A stretch of DNA of 64,000 nt from Deferrisomatales bacterium. GTDB taxonomy: Bacteria; Desulfobacterota; Deferrisomatia; Deferrisomatales; JACRMM01. This document shows, piece after piece, positions 8,148 to 17,536 of the stretch (its first letter is position 1; each line of letters opens with the position of its first letter). The notes beneath the pieces were generated by a model that had not been told where the DNA came from, ran no database searches, and saw only the letters and a list, made by a program, of their open reading frames with translations. The stretch spans positions 44,092 to 108,091 of the forward strand of contig JAWSUI010000003.1 in NCBI GenBank assembly GCA_033551855.1, read 5' to 3'. Both the position numbers and the translations under genes were made by a program.

Positions 8148-9368
8148 TCAACCCACGAGTTGACTCATCTCGAAAATGGGCAGGAGGATGGCAAGAACGA
8201 CGAAACCGACCGCCAATCCCATGAACAGGATCATAAGGGGTTCCAACAGGGACGTCAAGGTAGCCACCGAGGCTTCCACCTGGCCCTGAAAGGCCTCGGA
8301 CACTCTGAGCAGCAGGTCGTCGAGAGCCCCGCTCTCTTCCCCCACACCCACCATCTGGCACATCACCGAGGGGAACTCCCCCGTGGCCCGCAAGGCGTCC
8401 CGGAGACTGCGCCCTTCCCGCACGTCGTCCCGCACCCGCTCCACCGCCCGCTCCAGCACCGAGTTCCCGAGCACCGCCCGGGAGATGTCCAACGCGGTGA
8501 GAAGGGGCACCCCGCCGCTCAGGAGCGTGCCCAATGTCTTGGAAAAACGGCTCACGCCGACCAGCCGGACGAATCGTCCAAAGGCCGGGGTGCGCAGCAC
8601 CAGCCCGTCGATGACGAGTCGCCCCGCCGGGGTGCGGCCGTAGCGGCGCAGTGCGAAGAAGAGGAGAAGGAGCACCGGCAGGGCGACCCACCCGTACTCC
8701 TGCAGAAAGCTGCTCGTGGCCAGGAGCATGCGGGTAGGCGCAGGCAGCGCCCTGCGCATGTCGGCAAAGATATCCGTCACCCGGGGCACCACGCTGGTCA
8801 GGAGGAACCAGAGGATCCCCGCCCCCAACAGCGTCATCAGGGCGGGATAGACCAGGGCTGCCTGCAGCCGCTGCCGAAAGGCTACCGATGCCTCGAGGAA
8901 ATCCGCCAGTCGGCTGAGGACGAGGGGCAGGGTTCCGCTTGCTTCCCCGGAGCGGACCATGTTCCGGTAGATCTCAGGAAACGAACGGGAGTGCTCCCCC
9001 AGGACGTCGTGGAAGGCCCGCCCCTCGTTCACCCCCTCGCGGACCTGGGACAGCAGGCGGCTCATGCGGGGGCTGTCGGTCTGCTCCAGCAGTGCCCCGA
9101 GGGCCGCCACCAGGGGCAAGCCGGCCCCCAGGAGGGTGGCGAGCTGCCGGGTGAGGACGGCGAGCTCCCCCACCCGAACCCCGCGAGAGAGTCTCGGCCT
9201 CACGCCCCGATCGGTCGTCGCCTCCGCCTTGGCCATCTCGGTCACGCGCGTGGCGAACACCCCCTGCCGCTTGAGCTTCGCCCGCACGGCCCGGGGGCCG
9301 TCCCCGTCCACGATCCCGCGGGCGGCGCGGCCCCGGGAGTCCAGTCCCTCATACTCGAAGACGGCCAA
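8148..9368 (-). CDS. gspF: type II secretion inner-membrane platform protein GspF
   Basis: 406 aa with a duplicated GspF domain and hydrophobic segments. TTG start preceded by GGGGGAG. Confidence 0.9.
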   Translation of the reverse strand: MAVFEYEGLDSRGRAARGIVDGDGPRAVRAKLKRQGVFATRVTEMAKAEATTDRGVRPRLSRGVRVGELAVLTRQLATLLGAGLPLVAALGALLEQTDSPRMSRLLSQVREGVNEGRAFHDVLGEHSRSFPEIYRNMVRSGEASGTLPLVLSRLADFLEASVAFRQRLQAALVYPALMTLLGAGILWFLLTSVVPRVTDIFADMRRALPAPTRMLLATSSFLQEYGWVALPVLLLLFFALRRYGRTPAGRLVIDGLVLRTPAFGRFVRLVGVSRFSKTLGTLLSGGVPLLTALDISRAVLGNSVLERAVERVRDDVREGRSLRDALRATGEFPSVMCQMVGVGEESGALDDLLLRVSEAFQGQVEASVATLTSLLEPLMILFMGLAVGFVVLAILLPIFEMSQLVG

Positions 9369-9378
9369 GGCACTCCCC

Positions 9379-11085
9379 CTAGATCGCCTCTTCCTGGGTG
9401 ACCCGGAGCACCTCCTCGGCGCTGGTGATCCCCCGCAGGAGCTTCCGGGTGCCGTCGTCCCGCAGGGTCAGCATCCCCCCTCGCCGCGCTTCCTCCTTGA
9501 TGGTCGCCGAGTCCGCCCCCTTCATGATGAGGTTGCGGATCCGCTCGTCCACCGTCAGCAGCTCGTAGATCCCGGAACGGCCTCGGTACCCGGTCTGCAT
9601 GCAGTGGGGACACCCCTTGGCGCGGTACAGGTGCCCTTCGGGGAGATCCGAAGCGTGAAGGCCGAGCTCCGCCAGTCCTTCGGGGGGGGGCAAATAGGGC
9701 TCGCGGCACGCCGGGCACAACACCCGGACGAGGCGTTGGGCGAGGATCGCCAGCACGGAAGACGACACCAGGAAGGGCTCGACCCCCATGTCCACCAGCC
9801 GGGTCACCGCCCCGGCCGCGTCGTTGGTGTGGAGGGTGGACAACACCAGGTGACCGGTGAGGCTCGCCTGGATGGCGATCTCGGCGGTCTCTCCGTCGCG
9901 GATCTCCCCCACCATGATCACGTCCGGGTCCTGCCGTAGGATCGACCGGAGGCCAGCAGCGAAGGTCAGGGCGATCTTGGGGTTGACGTGGATCTGGCCG
10001 ATCCCCCGGAGCTGGTACTCGATGGGGTCCTCGACGGTAATGATATTGATGTCCTCGGAGTTGATCCGCGAGAGGGCGGCATACAGGGTGGTGGTCTTCC
10101 CGGAACCCGTCGGCCCGGTGACCAGGAGAATCCCGTAGGGGCGGGTGATGAGCTTCTTGAACGCCTCGAGACGCTCGCCGCCGAGTCCCAACTCCTCCAG
10201 GTCCAGGAGCACCGCGGACTTGTCCAGCAGGCGCATCACCACCCGCTCGCCGTAGGCCGTCGGGAGCACCGAGACGCGGATGTCGATGTCCTTTCCCGCG
10301 ATCTTGATGCGGATCCGGCCGTCCTGGGGCAGGCGCTTCTCGGCGATGTCGAGGCCCGCCATGACCTTGATCCGGCTGGTGATCGCCGCCTGCAGGGTCT
10401 TCGGGGGAGTGAGAACCGGGTAGAGCACACCGTCGATGCGGTAGCGGATCTGGAGCTCCCGCTCGAAGGCCTCCACGTGAATGTCGCTGGCCCGGTCCTT
10501 CACCGCCTGGAACATGATCCCGTTGACCAGCCGGATGATGGGTGCCTCGTCGGAGGCGTCCAGGAGGTCCTTGGGCTCCTCGATCTCGTGGGCCAGGGCA
10601 GAAAGCCCCACGTCGCTGAGCCCCTCCATCAGGTCCCCGGCCCGGTCGGAGCCCAGCTCGTACACCCGGTTGATGGCCTGGAGAATCCGGTCCGCCGGTG
10701 CCAGGCACGGTGACACCGGCCGTCCCAGGAGCACTCGCAGATCGTGGAGGACTCGCAGGTCCTCCCCGTCGGCGACCGCGACCAGAACCCGGCCGTTCTC
10801 CTCCCCCAGCGGGAGCACCCGGTGGCGCTTGGCGAACTGGATCGGGACGAGGCGAACCACGTCCTCCGGGATCTCGGCCGGCCGGATCTCGGGGGCGACG
10901 GGTAAACCGAAAGCCTCCGCCTGTGCTTGGAGGAGGGCTTCGGAGCCCACCAGCCCCAAGGAGGAAAGGGCCTCCGACAGGCTGCCGCCCCGCTCGGCCT
11001 GCCCGGCCTGCCCGCGGGCAAGCCCCTCCTCGTCCAGCAGGCCCTTCCCCAAGAGGAGCTCGCCCAGGCCCCTTCGCGCCGTCAC
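9379..11085 (-). CDS. gspE: type II secretion ATPase GspE
   Basis: Walker A GPTGSGKTT, Asp/His boxes and a tetracysteine motif (CPAC...CPHC). GTG start overlaps the gspD stop (GTGA at 11082-11085). Confidence 0.92.
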   Translation of the reverse strand: MTARRGLGELLLGKGLLDEEGLARGQAGQAERGGSLSEALSSLGLVGSEALLQAQAEAFGLPVAPEIRPAEIPEDVVRLVPIQFAKRHRVLPLGEENGRVLVAVADGEDLRVLHDLRVLLGRPVSPCLAPADRILQAINRVYELGSDRAGDLMEGLSDVGLSALAHEIEEPKDLLDASDEAPIIRLVNGIMFQAVKDRASDIHVEAFERELQIRYRIDGVLYPVLTPPKTLQAAITSRIKVMAGLDIAEKRLPQDGRIRIKIAGKDIDIRVSVLPTAYGERVVMRLLDKSAVLLDLEELGLGGERLEAFKKLITRPYGILLVTGPTGSGKTTTLYAALSRINSEDINIITVEDPIEYQLRGIGQIHVNPKIALTFAAGLRSILRQDPDVIMVGEIRDGETAEIAIQASLTGHLVLSTLHTNDAAGAVTRLVDMGVEPFLVSSSVLAILAQRLVRVLCPACREPYLPPPEGLAELGLHASDLPEGHLYRAKGCPHCMQTGYRGRSGIYELLTVDERIRNLIMKGADSATIKEEARRGGMLTLRDDGTRKLLRGITSAEEVLRVTQEEAI

Positions 11086-13199
11086 GGCTGACCGGCCTCC
11101 CCCTTGAGACGGTCCAGATAGTGCTCCAGCTTCTGGGCGGGCTGCAGGGGAGGCGCTCCCGTGGGGGTCACCTGCTCTTCGTACAGGAAGCGCTTGTCCT
11201 CGGTCACCTCCTCGAGCTTCGCCATGCTCGTCACGATGCGCGGCGTGAGGAAGATCAGCAGGTTCTTCTTCCGGGTCTCCTGACGGGAGCTCCGGAAGAG
11301 GTACCCCAGGAGCGGAAGATCGCCCAGGCACGGCACGGAGGACGCGGTCATCTGGGTGTCGTCGCTCACCAGCCCGCCGATCACAACGGTGGTCTGGTCC
11401 TGGACCACGACCGTGGTCCTCGCCGACCGCCGCGTGGTGGACGGGGCGTTGATGCTTCCGCCGGTGGCCGTGCTCAGGATCTGGCTCGTCTCCTGGAAGA
11501 GGCGGAGCCGGACGAAGTTGTCCTCGTTGATCTGGGGGGTGAAGCGCAACGTCAACCCCACATCGCGGTACTCGAAGGTGGAGATGGGGTTCCCCTGGGA
11601 GTCGAACTTCTCGCTGGTCTTGAAGGGGATGTTGTCCGAGACGACGATCTCGGCCTCCTCGTTGTCCGTGGTGATCAGGTGGGGGGAGCTCAGCACGTTG
11701 ACGTCCGAGTCGGTCTGGAGCGCTCTGAGCAGGGCCCCGACGTTGAGGAACTCTCTCCCGGCGAAGGTCACGGTGCCCTTGATCACCCCGAGGGCCAGCC
11801 CCTGGGGGACGGCCAGGGGCCCCCCGACCGCCACGTTGCCGATCGTGCCGAAATTGGTGGAGGCGAAGCCGGTAAGGTCCCCTCCGCGGGGATCGTCGGT
11901 GGTGCGCCACTCGACACCGAGCTCCAAGGCCTTCTCGAAGCTCATCTCGACGATCAAGGCGTCGACCAGCACCTGGGGCCGGCGGATATCGAGCTTCTCG
12001 ATGACGTCGCGCAGGATCTCGTAGTCCTGGGGGCTGGCGATGATCACCAGGGAGTTGGTGGTCTTGTCGGCGGTAATCTGGACGGGCTCCTCGAACTCCA
12101 CGCTCGCCTCGGTCGCCCCGGTGGCCCGGGCCGCGGGTTGGGGCTGGCCCGGCCGCGGCCGGGTGCCCGCGGACTTGGAGATGGCGGTGAGGACGGAGGC
12201 CACGTTCTCCGCGTCGGCGTACTTCAGATAGTAGACGTTGATCTTCCCGGAACCCTTCGGGATCTCCACGTCCAACGCCTCGATCATCACCTTGATGTCC
12301 GCCATGGTCTGGGGGTCGGAGATCACGATCAGGGCATTGGTCCGCGAGTCGGGGATGATCTTCACCGCCGTCGCCTCGGCCTGCACCTGCTGGACCTGGG
12401 CCTGTCCCCTGGCCGGGGCCGCCCGGCGCACCTGTCGGGTCCGGTCCGCGACGACCTGGGCCAGGTTCTTCGCCATGATCTCTGCCGAGGCGTAGCGCAT
12501 GGGGATGATCTCGAGGACCGTGTCCACCGTCTCGACGTCCAGGGAACGGATAATCTCCAGGAGCCGCTCGATGTTGGCGTGGGAGTCGATCACGATGAGC
12601 GTGTTCGTGGCCGGATAGGCGATGACCGGGCTGCCCTTGGTCACCAGAGGGGAGATCACCTGCACGATGCCGTTTACATCGACGTACTGGAGCGGGATGA
12701 TGCGCGTCACCACGCGATCCCCCGGAGGTGCCGAGTCCCGGACCGTCTCCACCGTGGTCTGGGATGCCAGCTGGGTCTGGACGATCTTGTAGACCCTACC
12801 CGACGGGACGATCGTGAAGTTCTTGATGTTGAGCATGGTCTGGAAGATCTCGTAGGCCTCGTCCACGGTCACCTGCAGGGGGCTGATCAGGGTGACCTTG
12901 CCCCACTGGCGCTGGTCGGCGTCGAGAATGAAGCTCTTCCCCGTCACCTCCGAGATGAACTGCACGACCGCGTTGAGCTCCGCGTCCTTGAAGTTCAGAG
13001 TGATGCGCCGGTCCGCCTGCCGGGTGGCCGCGGGCCGGGGCGGGCGCGCGGGAGCCCCCGGGGAGACCGACGGTTCCGGAGGCGCAGTCACCTCCGGCGC
13101 AACGGCGGGGCCGTCCTCGACGGTCTGGGCCGACGGCGGCGTCGGCGCGAGGAGCAGGCAGGTGATGATCAGGCCGATGATCGGGCGCAGGAATCGCAC
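11082..13199 (-). CDS. gspD: type II secretion secretin GspD
   Basis: Signal peptide, N-domains and a C-terminal secretin domain. GTG at 13197-13199 is preceded by AAGGAGGA. Confidence 0.9.
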   Translation of the reverse strand: MRFLRPIIGLIITCLLLAPTPPSAQTVEDGPAVAPEVTAPPEPSVSPGAPARPPRPAATRQADRRITLNFKDAELNAVVQFISEVTGKSFILDADQRQWGKVTLISPLQVTVDEAYEIFQTMLNIKNFTIVPSGRVYKIVQTQLASQTTVETVRDSAPPGDRVVTRIIPLQYVDVNGIVQVISPLVTKGSPVIAYPATNTLIVIDSHANIERLLEIIRSLDVETVDTVLEIIPMRYASAEIMAKNLAQVVADRTRQVRRAAPARGQAQVQQVQAEATAVKIIPDSRTNALIVISDPQTMADIKVMIEALDVEIPKGSGKINVYYLKYADAENVASVLTAISKSAGTRPRPGQPQPAARATGATEASVEFEEPVQITADKTTNSLVIIASPQDYEILRDVIEKLDIRRPQVLVDALIVEMSFEKALELGVEWRTTDDPRGGDLTGFASTNFGTIGNVAVGGPLAVPQGLALGVIKGTVTFAGREFLNVGALLRALQTDSDVNVLSSPHLITTDNEEAEIVVSDNIPFKTSEKFDSQGNPISTFEYRDVGLTLRFTPQINEDNFVRLRLFQETSQILSTATGGSINAPSTTRRSARTTVVVQDQTTVVIGGLVSDDTQMTASSVPCLGDLPLLGYLFRSSRQETRKKNLLIFLTPRIVTSMAKLEEVTEDKRFLYEEQVTPTGAPPLQPAQKLEHYLDRLKGEAGQP

Positions 13200-13262
13200 C
13201 GTCGGTCCTCCTTCTGGGTATCGTGGGATTCCGCCCTGCACCGGGCGTCGACCGGCGGAAAG

Positions 13263-14195
13263 CTATCGGATCTCGTAGTTGAAGGTCCGGTTTTCGTTGC
13301 GACGCACGAGGTCGATCTGGATCGACGTCTCCTCTCTCAGGGCCTGGTAGGCCTGGAAGGCCTGCTCCGGCCCCTCGAGCTCGATCCCGTTCACGCGCTT
13401 CAGGACGTCGCCGTTTTGCAGCCCGATACGGGCAAACAGGCTTCCCGGCCGGATGGCGAAGACCTTGAAGCCGTCCGGTTGGCCGTCGGCGAAGTTGGGC
13501 ACGACCCGAATCTGGGTCATGAGCTGGTTCAGGTTGGCGCCGGCCTCCTCGATCTCTCGGCTGTCGATGAGCCAGTTGCTCTCGTCCACCTGCCTCACGG
13601 TCTCCGCTGCCGGGGCGGGCGGGGGTACCGGCTGCGCCCGGGCCGCGGCCGGCTGCCGGCCCCGGGCCGGTGCGGGCTGGGCGGTCTCCGGAGGGTACAG
13701 GAGGACCTCCTCCATCGCGCCCGCTCGGTCCACGAGAATCCGGTCCGACCGGACTTCGGCCAGGCGCGCGGCGGGGGCCACCTCCTCGTCGACACGGACG
13801 AGCTTGATCTCGTTTCCCGACTGGATCAACGCGAACGATCGGCCGCCCTCCACCACCGCCGTGCCGAACAGGGTGATGTTGAGCGGAGTCCGCGGGGCCG
13901 GAGAGGGAACCGCCTGACCCGCGGCGGCGCCGGGACCCTGAGCCTCGGAGGGCTCCGGCCTTGCCGGCTTGGGGTTGGCATTGAAGACGTTCCGATCCTG
14001 GATCACCAGGAAATCCCCCAGCCGCTCCCCTGCGGCCACCTCGGCGCGAGGCGCCTCCTGGGATGCCGTCGCGGTCTCGGCCACCCACAGACGCTTGGCG
14101 AGGAGGACGCTGGCGAGGCGCGCCGAGAGGAAGGCCGCTCCGGCCAGGAAGAGCAGAGTAAGGACCCAGAAATACTTCAGAATCTGGTCACGCAT
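13263..14195 (-). CDS. gspC: type II secretion protein GspC with C-terminal PDZ domain
   Basis: N-terminal TM helix, a Pro/Ala-rich linker and a PDZ-like end (GSLFARIGLQNGDVLKRVNG). Sits directly upstream of gspD. Confidence 0.75.
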   Translation of the reverse strand: MRDQILKYFWVLTLLFLAGAAFLSARLASVLLAKRLWVAETATASQEAPRAEVAAGERLGDFLVIQDRNVFNANPKPARPEPSEAQGPGAAAGQAVPSPAPRTPLNITLFGTAVVEGGRSFALIQSGNEIKLVRVDEEVAPAARLAEVRSDRILVDRAGAMEEVLLYPPETAQPAPARGRQPAAARAQPVPPPAPAAETVRQVDESNWLIDSREIEEAGANLNQLMTQIRVVPNFADGQPDGFKVFAIRPGSLFARIGLQNGDVLKRVNGIELEGPEQAFQAYQALREETSIQIDLVRRNENRTFNYEIR

Positions 14196-14338
14196 GCACC
14201 GTCTCGCATTCGCGCTAGGATACGCGACCGCTCAACGGGCGTGCAAGGACTGGATGGGCCACCGGGAGGAAGGCGGCGCCGAAATCCCCGGCCCGCCGCT
14301 GCCGCACGCGGACAGGGTGACGCCACGGGGAGGCGAAC

Positions 14339-14575
14339 CTAACCTCCTCTCGCCTGCTCCTTCTCCAGTGCGTGCACGGGACAGGCGGTGCGCCACCTGC
14401 AGTATCCCTTGGGATGGGCGCAGCGGGGAGGAGAGAGGGGGATGTCCCGCGCAGCCCTTTGGCAGTGGTAGAGCTTGCCGGGGTGGCGGGCCCCAGACAG
14501 ATCCACGGTCGCGTCACCCCCGCCCGGGGGGGGAGGGTTCGCTGCGGCCAGAAAGGCGCTGTCGATGACCGTCAT
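14339..14575 (-). CDS. hypothetical Cys-rich small protein (78 aa) heading the T2SS operon
   Basis: ATG start and coding-like codons. Four Cys, including a ...CPVHA ferredoxin-like ending. Only a weak RBS. Confidence 0.35.
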   Translation of the reverse strand: MTVIDSAFLAAANPPPPGGGDATVDLSGARHPGKLYHCQRAARDIPLSPPRCAHPKGYCRWRTACPVHALEKEQARGG

Positions 14576-14664
14576 GGCGGAGCCTTCGCGGAGATTTGCC
14601 GTCGCCCCCCACCGGAGCGGCGAACCGCACCTTCGATGCGGCGGCGGGCGTGCGGTTACCGCTC

Positions 14665-14720
14665 CCCGGCCGTCCCTGGGTGGGGAAACCCGTCATCCCC
14701 CGGAAGACCCCAAGAACGGC
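14665..14720. repeat. degenerate partial copy of the 3' module of the 203-nt element
   Basis: By hand alignment about 39 of 54 positions match 30898-30950. The match includes a 16/17 block, CCCGG(C/T)CGTCCCTGGG. Confidence 0.45.
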
Positions 14721-14744
14721 CGGCACCGGAACAACCCAAGTCAT

Positions 14745-14947
14745 GGTTCTTCCGCTAAACGACCGGGTGGGCCCGCCCACTCCGGCAGACGAGGCCGGAC
14801 TGCACGGTAGGTGTTCTCCCCCGCCGCGTCCGGAATCCTCGCGGCATCGCGACTCCCGAAGCGGCTGCTCACGTCGAGCGGCCGTCCGCCTACGTGGTCG
14901 GGCCCACCCGATCGTCCCTGGACACGAGGACCCGGTCATTTCCCGGA
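14745..14947. repeat. 203-nt structured non-coding element, copy A (unclassified)
   Basis: Aligns without indels to 30736-30938, with 22 substitutions. Contains a 17-nt long-range inverted repeat with one mismatch. Confidence 0.8.
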
Positions 14948-14983
14948 TGATCTCAAATTGTGGCGCTCGCCTGGGGGCACGGC

Positions 14984-16117
<1,134 letters not shown>

Positions 16118-16214
16118 CCTACCGAAGAACCTCTAGCGCCGCCGGGCGATGGGGTCGGCCCTCTCTTCCGCACCGACCGGGCGGTGAGCCCGGCTTCCGT
16201 GTTCGCGAGGGTTC

Positions 16215-17036
16215 ATGCTCGGGTTCCTCCTTCGTTATCGAGGGGTGATCATCGGCGGGGGGCTCACGCTGGTGGCCCTGGGCGTGCTCTCGTCCGGGAG
16301 GGAAGGCAACGGCGTCCTGGGGCGATCCGTGGGCCTGCTGGGGGCGCCGGTCCAGACGGCCGTGAAAGGGATCGCCGAAGGACTCGGCTCGGTGGTGGAC
16401 CGCTACGTCTTCCTGGTCTACGCCGCTCGAGATGCGGAGCTCCTGCGCCGGGAGGTGGCGGAGCTCCGCCGGGAGCTCCTGGACGTGGAAGAGGTAGCCC
16501 AGGAGAACCTTCGCCTCAAGGCACTGCTCGGCTTCAAGGAAGCGACGCCCCTGCGCCAGATCCCGGCCCGGGTCGTAGGGCGGAGCGCCACGCTCTGGTT
16601 TCAGTCCCTGGTCCTGGACAAAGGGAGCGCCGACGGGGTCGTCGTCGACTGCCCGGTGACGACTCCGGCGGGGGTGGTGGGGCGGGTCTTTGAAGTATCC
16701 GGGTCGGCGAGCCGGGTGCTGCTGCTCACCGACCCGAACTCCGCCGTGGACGCCATCGTCCAGCGCACGCGGGCCCAGGTGCTGGTCGAGGGGACCCTCG
16801 GCCCCACGTGCCGGGTGCTCCACCTCGCGCGGGGGGAAGAGGCAGCGCCGGGGGACCGTGTCGTGACCTCCGGACTCGGGGGGATCTTTCCCAAGGGGCT
16901 TCTCTTGGGGGAGATTTCCCACGTGGAGGCGCGCCCGGGGGACGTGTTCCACGCCGCGCAGCTCGCCCCCAGCGCCGACTTCAGCCGCCTCGAGGAGGTG
17001 TTCGTGATCCTCCCGGACGGCGGGGACGCCCCGTGA
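16215..17036 (+). CDS. mreC: rod-shape protein MreC
   Basis: N-terminal TM helix, a coiled coil, then beta domains (VVGRVFEVSGSASRVLLLTD). Follows mreB. Confidence 0.9.
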   Translation: MLGFLLRYRGVIIGGGLTLVALGVLSSGREGNGVLGRSVGLLGAPVQTAVKGIAEGLGSVVDRYVFLVYAARDAELLRREVAELRRELLDVEEVAQENLRLKALLGFKEATPLRQIPARVVGRSATLWFQSLVLDKGSADGVVVDCPVTTPAGVVGRVFEVSGSASRVLLLTDPNSAVDAIVQRTRAQVLVEGTLGPTCRVLHLARGEEAAPGDRVVTSGLGGIFPKGLLLGEISHVEARPGDVFHAAQLAPSADFSRLEEVFVILPDGGDAP

Positions 17037-17536
17037 GGGCCCAGGCGGCCTGGTGGGGCGCGCTGCTGGCCGGCCTTGCTTTGCAGACCACCCTCTTCCC
17101 GCTCTTCCTGACGGACCCCTGGCGGCCGGATCTCACGCGCGCCCTCGTCCTCTGGGTCGCCCTCACCGGGGCCCCTCGCGGCGGGGCTGTCCTCGCCTTC
17201 TCGGCGGGCCTGTTGCTGGATGCCGCTTCGGGAGCCCCCCTCGGGTTCGGCCCCCTGCTTCGCCTGTCCCTCTACGCGGCAGCCCGCCCCTTCCGGGGAA
17301 TCTTCTTCGACGACCGCCCCCTGCTCCTCCTTCCTTTCGCGACCCTCGGGCCCGCTCTGGAGGCCGCCGTGGCGGGGACCATGAGCTGGTTCGCTTTCCG
17401 AGCCCCCTTGGGGCTGAACACCCTGGCCTCGGGCGCGTGGGCCCAGGCCCTGGTGGACGCCCTGTGCGTCCCCCTGGTGTTCGTGGCCCTGGAGCTCGCC
17501 ACCGGCCGCCGGCCCCGGCTGGAGGTCGGGACGTGA
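17033..17536 (+). CDS. mreD: rod-shape protein MreD
   Basis: Polytopic hydrophobic protein of 167 aa. GTG start in a GTGA overlap with the mreC stop. Confidence 0.8.
   Translation: MRAQAAWWGALLAGLALQTTLFPLFLTDPWRPDLTRALVLWVALTGAPRGGAVLAFSAGLLLDAASGAPLGFGPLLRLSLYAAARPFRGIFFDDRPLLLLPFATLGPALEAAVAGTMSWFAFRAPLGLNTLASGAWAQALVDALCVPLVFVALELATGRRPRLEVGT

Noticed and set aside
14745-14947. Tried to call the repeated element a known riboswitch: M-box (GGUAGGUG...GCUGCUCCCGAAA resemblance), cobalamin, c-di-AMP, ZTP or Moco.
   Set aside because: Only short fortuitous resemblances were found. Diagnostic cores are missing, such as the B12 box and the GUGCUAAAGCUC of the M-box. The two copies have no consistent downstream gene or strand. 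It is left unclassified.
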